Below are positions 10,351-16,938 of a stretch of 42,019 bases of DNA, piece after piece (position 1 is the first letter of the stretch; each line of letters begins with the position of its first letter). The notes beneath the pieces are model-generated. The model had not been told where the DNA came from. It ran no database searches and saw only the letters and a program-made list of their open reading frames with translations. The stretch covers positions 1 through 42,019 of IMG/VR virus record IMGVR_UViG_3300017913_002507. The stretch is one strand, 5' to 3'. The translations under genes were made by a program, and so were the position numbers. Origin of the DNA: a virus. Its lineage: Duplodnaviria > Caudoviricetes.

Positions 10351-11609
10351 TGAGTGCAAGTCAAGATAAAATGAAGGGATCTTTTTGTTCTGCTCCATAC
10401 ATTGCAACGTATATAGGTACTCAGGGTGAATTCACTCCTTGTTGTATCTTTAATTATGAAAATAAACTTTCAACTTATAGAGACAGTGATAGACTTTTAG
10501 ATCATATGAACTCACCCGAGGCGGTAAAGTTACGTAAAGATTTACATGAGGGTAAAAAACCTGATGGATGTAGACACTGTTGGGACTTAGAATCAAGAGG
10601 TGAACTATCATTAAGACATCATTTTAATACTAGCTTTGATTATGAAGAAATTGTTAAAAAAACTAATGAAAATAACTTCTTACTTCCTGATCTTAAATTA
10701 AGGTACATCGATATTAGGTTTTCTAACAAATGTAACCTTAAATGTGTAAGTTGCGGTGCAGATTGGTCAACAGCATGGTATAATGATTCAGTTGCTCTTA
10801 AGTTAACACAACCTGGTTCACCAAAATTAAAATCAATTGAAAATACTGAAAATTTACTTAAACAGTTATATGCTCAAATCGACAATATAGAACGTATTTA
10901 TTTTGCTGGAGGAGAACCTTTAATGTTACCGGAACATTATAAACTGTTAACAGAAATTATTAAAAGGGGAAAAGCAAAAAATATTAGTTTACTTTACAGT
11001 AGTAATTTAGCTCGTTTAAAGTACGGTGTTTACGATGTTATACCTTTGTGGAAAGAGTTCGGGTTTATTACTATGCAAGCTAGTATAGACGGTTCTTATG
11101 ATAGAGGAGAATACCTTCGTACCAATCTTAATTGGAGTAAGTTAATAGAAAATGTTAAAAGATTAAAAGAAGAAGTACCTCAATTGGATTTAAATATTGC
11201 TCCTACAATAAGTTGGATGAATTCTTACAATGTTTTAGACCTTCATAAAGAGTGGGTTGAAAAAGGGTATATTGAAGTAAATAAGATACATGCCAACATA
11301 CTACACTCACCATCAGAATTTAGTCTGTGGAAACTTCCTAATCACCATCGAAAAATTTTAAAGAAAAAATATTCTAAACATATCGAGTGGAGAAAAATTT
11401 TAAATGTTGAAACAGGAAAGAAAAATGAAGCTATAATTGCATTTGATAAAATAATAGGATACCTTGATAAAGGTTCTAAAATTGTAAAAGGTAATTTAAA
11501 TGAGAGTACATATTCAAACTATCATGAAAAAATTGATAAAGTTAGAAAAGTAGACTTTTTTAAAATATTTCCTGAATTTTTGGACCTTAAAAAAAAGACA
11601 GTAATATGA
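10350..11609 (+). CDS. radical SAM protein with N-terminal twitch-like domain
   Basis: CNLKCVSC, AGGEP, SIDG; N-terminal FCSAPY..PCC..CRHC. Confidence 0.9.
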   Translation: MSASQDKMKGSFCSAPYIATYIGTQGEFTPCCIFNYENKLSTYRDSDRLLDHMNSPEAVKLRKDLHEGKKPDGCRHCWDLESRGELSLRHHFNTSFDYEEIVKKTNENNFLLPDLKLRYIDIRFSNKCNLKCVSCGADWSTAWYNDSVALKLTQPGSPKLKSIENTENLLKQLYAQIDNIERIYFAGGEPLMLPEHYKLLTEIIKRGKAKNISLLYSSNLARLKYGVYDVIPLWKEFGFITMQASIDGSYDRGEYLRTNLNWSKLIENVKRLKEEVPQLDLNIAPTISWMNSYNVLDLHKEWVEKGYIEVNKIHANILHSPSEFSLWKLPNHHRKILKKKYSKHIEWRKILNVETGKKNEAIIAFDKIIGYLDKGSKIVKGNLNESTYSNYHEKIDKVRKVDFFKIFPEFLDLKKKTVI

Positions 11610-12856
11610 GCAATTTTATTTGTAGTTTACCGTGGAAACATTTAAGTGTAATGCCACACGGGTGGGCATCTGTTTGTTGTGAGGCAAATTGGGATAGTCC
11701 TACTGCACTTGCTCAAAACTTTAATACAAAAAATAACGGACCTGTACACATAAAAGAGGGATCTAGAAATATAATTAATTCTGAAACTTTTAAAAGCATC
11801 AGAAAGGATATGCTAGAAGGTAATATTCCAGAGGCATGTTTAACTTGCCATAAAATAGAACAAGCTGGTGGTTTTTCCAAACGTAATAAAGAAAAAAAGT
11901 TAGATGAAAATTATCTTAAAAATATTACCGGTGAAGATGGATCAATCGAGCCAGATATTACCTACCTAGAACTACGTTTAGGTAATTTTTGTAACCTTAA
12001 ATGTAGGAGTTGCAATGCTGAATCTTCTACTTCATGGGTTGACGATTATTACAAACTAAAGGATAAGGTAAATTTACCTAGTGGATACGACAACCTTAAA
12101 CAATTGGGTGTTGATTACGATTGGGTTGAAAATTTGGATGTTTATTTGGACTTACTTAACAATGGGTTAAACATTGATGAATTACACATTAGTGGTGGTG
12201 AACCGTTTTTAGTTGATAAACACTCTTATTTACTAGACCTTTTAATTGAGAAAGATATTGCTAAGAACATTTATGTTACATATATTACAAATGGAAATTA
12301 CAAGTTTGAAAGAATAACTCCAATTCTTGATAAATTACACCATTTTAAAGAAGTAAAACTAAATTTTAGTTTAGATGACATTTTTGAACGTAATGACTAT
12401 GTTAGAAGTTTAAGTAAATTTCAACTTGTTATTGACAACATTAGAAAATACACAGAAAAGTATGACTTTAGTTTTGCAGTAATACAAACTATACATGCGT
12501 TTAATTTTTTATACCTTGAGGAATTACATTTATATTTAGAAAAAGAAGGACTTTATAAAAAAGATGGAAGTGGTATAATAGAGGTTATTAGAGATAACTA
12601 TGTGAACTACCCAGAATACCACAACGCAAGAGTACTACCTTTGGATGTAAGGAAACAAAAAATCGACTCTATTGATGGGTTACTTGAAAAAGGTTTTTAT
12701 GATAGAGTTAAAAGTAATTTTTACGACTCCCCACAAAACACTCTACATTCAGAATTTATTACATCCACAGAGGCAGTTGATAAAGTGAGAAAAGAAAATT
12801 GGAAAAATTTATTTCCTAAATTAGTCAAATCGTTAAATAGTAAACAATTATTATGA
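11606..12856 (+). CDS. radical SAM protein with N-terminal twitch-like domain
   Basis: CNLKCRSC, SGGEP, TNG; N-terminal ICSLPW..VCC..CLTC. Confidence 0.9.
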   Translation: MSNFICSLPWKHLSVMPHGWASVCCEANWDSPTALAQNFNTKNNGPVHIKEGSRNIINSETFKSIRKDMLEGNIPEACLTCHKIEQAGGFSKRNKEKKLDENYLKNITGEDGSIEPDITYLELRLGNFCNLKCRSCNAESSTSWVDDYYKLKDKVNLPSGYDNLKQLGVDYDWVENLDVYLDLLNNGLNIDELHISGGEPFLVDKHSYLLDLLIEKDIAKNIYVTYITNGNYKFERITPILDKLHHFKEVKLNFSLDDIFERNDYVRSLSKFQLVIDNIRKYTEKYDFSFAVIQTIHAFNFLYLEELHLYLEKEGLYKKDGSGIIEVIRDNYVNYPEYHNARVLPLDVRKQKIDSIDGLLEKGFYDRVKSNFYDSPQNTLHSEFITSTEAVDKVRKENWKNLFPKLVKSLNSKQLL

Positions 12857-13104
12857 GTAACATTAAATTAGAAGAAACAGAGTTATCAAAATTACAAAAC
12901 ATTAAAAATGCTCGTTCAAATGTAGTATTTGAATTCGGTAACATATCTATATTAAGAAAGCAGTTAGATGAAAGAGAATCCAGTGCTGCAAAAGCTTGGG
13001 CTGATCTTCAAACCGCACAGTCTAAATTAGCTATAGAACTCGAGGAAAAATACGGAAAAGGTACGGTAGATATAGAGACTGGAGAATTCATACCAACAGA
13101 ATAA
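12853..13104 (+). CDS. small coiled-coil hypothetical phage protein
   Basis: 83 aa, heptad-like, ends LEEKYGKGTVDIETGEF; ATGA overlap with the upstream gene. Confidence 0.7.
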   Translation: MSNIKLEETELSKLQNIKNARSNVVFEFGNISILRKQLDERESSAAKAWADLQTAQSKLAIELEEKYGKGTVDIETGEFIPTE

Positions 13105-13122
13105 TTTAGGGTATTTTAAGTC

Positions 13123-13130
13123 TATTTATA
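13123..13130 (+). promoter_or_regulatory. TATTTATA motif (putative late promoter)
   Basis: Recurrent intergenic octamer, here upstream of the tail sheath. Confidence 0.55.
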
Positions 13131-13177
13131 TATGTAGTTAACAACTGTGAATGCACTTGTTTTAGTCTACTTTAATA

Positions 13178-13185
13178 TATTTATA
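13178..13185 (+). promoter_or_regulatory. TATTTATA motif (putative late promoter)
   Basis: Second copy about 30 nt upstream of the sheath ATG. Confidence 0.6.
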
Positions 13186-13214
13186 AGAGTACTCAATAAT
13201 ATAATTTTCACAAC

Positions 13215-14975
13215 ATGGCAGAAACATTAATCTCCCCAGGTGTATTAGCAAGAGAAAATGATATTTCATTTCTTGCACCAGCAGCCTTAGAAGCTGGAGC
13301 AGCTATCATTGGACCTGCAGTAAAAGGACCAGTAGAAGAACCTACACTGGTTACATCGTACGGAGAATATCAGAGGATATTTGGTACTACATTTACTTCT
13401 GGATCTACAAAACAGGAATACTTAACATCTTTAGCAGTAAAGTCTTATTTCGGACAAGGTGGTAACTCGGTATTAGTTACTAGAGTTGTAACAGGATCAT
13501 TTGGTGTAGCTAGCAACACTACAGTTGCAGCACAGACTGGTTCTATCACCAACCCATTCGAAATCGAAACACTTGGTAAAGGTGCTATCTTAAATAACCA
13601 TACAAGTTCAACTTATTCAGGAAGTTTAGAAGAGAACACAGACGGATCTCTTAAATCTGGATCAGCTGATAACTTAAGATGGGAAGTTAGTAATGTAGAT
13701 ACAAATAAAGGTACATTTACCTTATTAGTAAGACAGGGTAACGATAGTACTAAAAATAAAATTATTCTAGAAACTTGGAATGACTTATCATTAGATCCAA
13801 ATTCTAGTAACTACATCGAATCAGTAATTGGTAACCAAACTAAATCAATTGCTACTGATGGTTCAACTAAATACATTCAAGTATCAGGTGAGTACGTTAA
13901 CAAATCTAAGTATATTAGAATTTCTGCCGTTAATAACCAGACTTTAGATTATGTTAGTACTGATGGTTTAACCATTAACACTGATGCTGATGGAAATTCC
14001 TATACAAGTTCACTACCAACTAACCAATCAGGTTCATTCTTTGGCGGTACTGGAGACTTATTAGGTACTACCACAGGTGATACTTACTTTAAGAATATTG
14101 GAACAACATCACAAGGTATCAATGCTGATGAGTATGCAGATGCAATTAGCTTATTAGAGAATAAAGACGAATATAGCTTTAATATCATTTCAGCACCTGG
14201 ATTAATATATGAATTCGGAGCTCATGCTACTCAGTTAGATAACATCATTTCCTTAGCAGAAACAAGAGGAGATTGTATTGCAGTAGTAGATACTCAAAAC
14301 TATGGAGCAACCGTAGCAAACGTAACAGGTACAGCAGCTAACTTAAATTCATCTTATGCAGCTACTTACTGGCCTTGGTTACAAATGCAATCTGGTACTG
14401 GTAGAAATGAATTCGTACCTGCATCAGTTGTTATACCAGGAGTATATGCATTCACAGATGGAGCAGCAGCACCATGGTTTGCACCAGCAGGTTTAACAAG
14501 AGGAGGTATTCCTAACGTTATTCAAGCAGAGAGAAAATTAACAAGATCTCAAAGAGATACTTTATATAATGCTAATGTTAACCCAATCGCTACATTCCCA
14601 GGAGCTGGAATTTCAGTATTTGGTCAGAAAACACTACAGAAAAAACCATCTGCTCTTGATAGAGTAAATGTACGTAGATTGTTGATCGAATTGAAGAAGT
14701 TTGTTGGTGATGTATCAAGAACATTAGTATTTGAGCAAAATACAAATGTAACTAGAAATAGATTCTTAGCTCAAGTTAATCCTTACTTGACATCAGTAGT
14801 AGAGCAGCAAGGTCTTTACGCTTATAGAGTAGTAATGGATGACACTAATAATACAGCAGACGTAATTGATAGAAATCAATTGATTGGTCAGATATTTATT
14901 CAACCAGCCAAGACAGTTGAGTTTGTAGTATTAGACTTTACTATTGAGCCAACAGGAGCAACATTTGGAGCATAA
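13215..14975 (+). CDS. contractile tail sheath protein
   Basis: N-terminal SPGV..E.D.S, YWPW, PWFAPAG..RG, RDTLY..VNPI, VFGQKTL, RVNVRRL, VFEQN, IFIQP. Confidence 0.95.
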   Translation: MAETLISPGVLARENDISFLAPAALEAGAAIIGPAVKGPVEEPTLVTSYGEYQRIFGTTFTSGSTKQEYLTSLAVKSYFGQGGNSVLVTRVVTGSFGVASNTTVAAQTGSITNPFEIETLGKGAILNNHTSSTYSGSLEENTDGSLKSGSADNLRWEVSNVDTNKGTFTLLVRQGNDSTKNKIILETWNDLSLDPNSSNYIESVIGNQTKSIATDGSTKYIQVSGEYVNKSKYIRISAVNNQTLDYVSTDGLTINTDADGNSYTSSLPTNQSGSFFGGTGDLLGTTTGDTYFKNIGTTSQGINADEYADAISLLENKDEYSFNIISAPGLIYEFGAHATQLDNIISLAETRGDCIAVVDTQNYGATVANVTGTAANLNSSYAATYWPWLQMQSGTGRNEFVPASVVIPGVYAFTDGAAAPWFAPAGLTRGGIPNVIQAERKLTRSQRDTLYNANVNPIATFPGAGISVFGQKTLQKKPSALDRVNVRRLLIELKKFVGDVSRTLVFEQNTNVTRNRFLAQVNPYLTSVVEQQGLYAYRVVMDDTNNTADVIDRNQLIGQIFIQPAKTVEFVVLDFTIEPTGATFGA

Positions 14976-14977
14976 CC

Positions 14978-14985
14978 TATTTATA
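14978..14985 (+). promoter_or_regulatory. TATTTATA motif (putative late promoter)
   Basis: Sits in the 23-nt gap between sheath and tube. Confidence 0.6.
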
Positions 14986-14998
14986 ATAAAGAAATAAA

Positions 14999-15484
14999 AT
15001 GGCAGTAGTAGATCCTAACGAAATAATGTTCAGAGCCTTTGAACCAAAGGTGCAAAATAGATTCTTAATGTTTGTAGATGGAATTCCATCTTTTATGATA
15101 AGAACAGCAGCTGGTCCAAATTTTACTGACAACTCTATAACACTTGATCACCTAAACACTTACCGCAAGATTAGAGGTAAAAGAGAGTGGGGTGATATTG
15201 AAATGACATTATATGATCCAATCACACCATCTGGTGCACAAGCAGTGATGGATTGGGCTAGATTGTCATACGAATCTGTAACTGGAAGAGCTGGTTACTC
15301 AGACTTCTATAAGAAAGATTTGACACTACAGGTATTAGGTCCTGTTGGTGATATTGTAAGTGAATGGGTAATAAAAGGAGCATTCATTACAGATATGGAT
15401 CAAGGAGGATTTGATTGGTCATCAGATGATACTGTTGAGCTATCAATTACAGTGGCAATGGATTATTGCGTACTTAACTTCTAA
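14999..15484 (+). CDS. tail tube protein (T4 gp19-like)
   Basis: 161 aa directly after the sheath; NRF..G...W.DI.MTLYD..W..YKKD..W.IKGAF pattern. Confidence 0.9.
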   Translation: MAVVDPNEIMFRAFEPKVQNRFLMFVDGIPSFMIRTAAGPNFTDNSITLDHLNTYRKIRGKREWGDIEMTLYDPITPSGAQAVMDWARLSYESVTGRAGYSDFYKKDLTLQVLGPVGDIVSEWVIKGAFITDMDQGGFDWSSDDTVELSITVAMDYCVLNF

Positions 15485-15505
15485 ACCGCTACACTACATA
15501 TTCTT

Positions 15506-15533
15506 AAGCCCTCCTTTCTGGAGGGTTTTTTTT
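15506..15533 (+). terminator. intrinsic terminator
   Basis: AAGCCCTCC-TTTCT-GGAGGGTTT hairpin with a T-run after the tail tube. Confidence 0.85.
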
Positions 15534-15549
15534 CTGCTATATTCTTCTT

Positions 15550-15599
15550 ATATTAATAAAAGATTAATGCTAGTTTAAGAGAAGTTTAAGTAAACTAGC
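15550..15599. promoter_or_regulatory. 11-bp periodic TTAA direct repeats plus 9-bp inverted repeat (operator-like)
   Basis: ATATTAAT/AGATTAAT/AGTTTAAG/AGTTTAAG at 15550, 15561, 15572, 15583; GCTAGTTTA..TAAACTAGC at 15569-15599. Confidence 0.45.
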
Positions 15600-15600
15600 C

Positions 15601-15608
15601 TATTTATA
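15601..15608 (+). promoter_or_regulatory. TATTTATA motif (putative late promoter)
   Basis: 18 nt upstream of ATG 15627. Confidence 0.55.
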
Positions 15609-15626
15609 AGTATAAAAACATCCAAT

Positions 15627-15836
15627 ATGAAGAGAGCACTAACACTTTGCTTGCTGTTATTCGGGATGATAGCACAAGCCAACGACGGCTTAAATGACAA
15701 AGTACTTGAATTAAAGAAAAAAGCAATCTATTACGAAATTCAAGCTCAAGTTGAAGCCAACGAGATTACATTAAAAGAAGCGCAAGCTTTGTGGCGAAAG
15801 AAAATTAAACAGTTAAAGAAAGAAGAGGGTAAATAA
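15627..15836 (+). CDS. small secreted protein with predicted signal peptide
   Basis: MKRALTLCLLLFGMIAQA has an n/h/c signal peptide with an A-x-A site, followed by a charged helical domain. Confidence 0.7.
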   Translation: MKRALTLCLLLFGMIAQANDGLNDKVLELKKKAIYYEIQAQVEANEITLKEAQALWRKKIKQLKKEEGK

Positions 15837-15849
15837 ACCCTCTTTTTTT
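15823..15849 (+). terminator. intrinsic terminator overlapping the stop codon
   Basis: AAGAGGGT-AAATAA-ACCCTCTT followed by a T-run. Confidence 0.8.
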
Positions 15850-15883
15850 GTTGGTTTATATTTTAAAAGTTCATATATTTATA
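15850..15883 (+). promoter_or_regulatory. composite promoter: TTGGTT-N17-TATATT overlapping TATTTATA
   Basis: TTGGTT 15851-56, TATATT 15874-79, TATTTATA 15876-83. Confidence 0.55.
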
Positions 15884-15912
15884 TAAAATACTAGTTATAC
15901 ATAATAAAATTT

Positions 15913-16659
15913 ATGAGCTCAAACTTTTCAATTCCTACAGAAACAGTAGAATTACCCTCAAAAGGATTACTATATCCTGAATCTTCACCTTTAGCTAGCG
16001 GTTCGATAGAAATGAAGTATATGACTGCAAAGGAAGAAGACATTCTTACTAATCAAAACTATATTCAGAAAGGTATAGTTGTTGACAAATTACTTGAATC
16101 TTTAATTGTAACTAAAGTAGACTATAACGATATACTTATAGGTGATAAAGATGCACTACTTATTGCGTCTAGAATATTAGGTTACGGTAAAGATTATGAA
16201 TTCACTTTTGCTGGTGAAAAAATTAAAGTAGATTTAACTACTTTACCTAATATTGAATTAGATGCTTCTTTAGTTGAAGGTAGAAAAAACGAATTTACTT
16301 ACAAACTACCCTACACAGATAATACCATTACTTTCAAGTTACTTACTCAAAGAGATGAGAAAGCTATACAAAAAGAGTTAGACGGGCTTAAAAAAGTAGC
16401 ACCCAATTCTAGTCAAGAACTTTCCACTAGAATGAAGTACATGATTACTTCAATAAATGGTAGTACCGAAAGACCTGTTGTAAGAGAGTTTGTTGACAAA
16501 GCATTTTTAGCTAAAGATGCAAGAGCCTTTAGAGAATATTACGGTAAGATTGTTCCAGGAATAGACACAACGATTTCACATGAATTCGGAGACGGGGTAG
16601 AGGAGGACCTCACTATTCCTATCAATGCTAACTTTCTTTGGCCTGACTTCGGAGTATAG
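15913..16659 (+). CDS. baseplate hub assembly / tail assembly chaperone (T4 gp26-like)
   Basis: ELPSKG..Y, MTAKEEDIL, GDKDALLIA.R..GYG..Y, C-terminal FLWP; lies between tube and tape measure. Confidence 0.7.
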   Translation: MSSNFSIPTETVELPSKGLLYPESSPLASGSIEMKYMTAKEEDILTNQNYIQKGIVVDKLLESLIVTKVDYNDILIGDKDALLIASRILGYGKDYEFTFAGEKIKVDLTTLPNIELDASLVEGRKNEFTYKLPYTDNTITFKLLTQRDEKAIQKELDGLKKVAPNSSQELSTRMKYMITSINGSTERPVVREFVDKAFLAKDARAFREYYGKIVPGIDTTISHEFGDGVEEDLTIPINANFLWPDFGV

Positions 16660-16912
16660 ATCTTCTTTATTTTCTCAACTACACGAAATAGTTTTTAACG
16701 GTCAAGGCGGTTACGATTATGAAACTGTTTATAATATGCCTATTTGGTTACGTAGATTTACTTTTCAAAAAATGAAAGATCATTACGATGCTCTTAACAG
16801 TAAAAAGAAAACTAAACCAAAAAAAGACCCCACAACACCCTCATGGGTAAAAGATGCTAAAACAGCCGCTCAATCAGGTAAAAAACCATCCTATACAGTT
16901 AAGCGTTCTTAA
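16625..16912 (+). CDS. small tail/baseplate chaperone-like protein (T4 gp51-like), overlapping the upstream gene in the +1 frame
   Basis: Y..VYNMPIW.RRF motif; immediately precedes the tape measure; start uncertain. Confidence 0.6.
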   Translation: MLTFFGLTSEYRSSLFSQLHEIVFNGQGGYDYETVYNMPIWLRRFTFQKMKDHYDALNSKKKTKPKKDPTTPSWVKDAKTAAQSGKKPSYTVKRS

Positions 16913-16913
16913 C

Positions 16914-16921
16914 TATTTATA
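16914..16921 (+). promoter_or_regulatory. TATTTATA motif (putative late promoter)
   Basis: Sits in the short gap before the tape measure gene. Confidence 0.6.
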
Positions 16922-16938
16922 AGATATAAGACTGTGAA

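Noticed and set aside
3496-12856. RiPP (sactipeptide/ranthipeptide) gene cluster interpretation
   Set aside because: No convincing precursor peptide, RRE/PqqD domain, peptidase or exporter; the flanking small ORFs are charged helical proteins without Cys.
16601-16606. AGGAGG as the Shine-Dalgarno for ATG 16625
   Set aside because: 18-nt spacing is too long, it is explained by Glu-Glu-Asp codons, and other genes here lack SD motifs.
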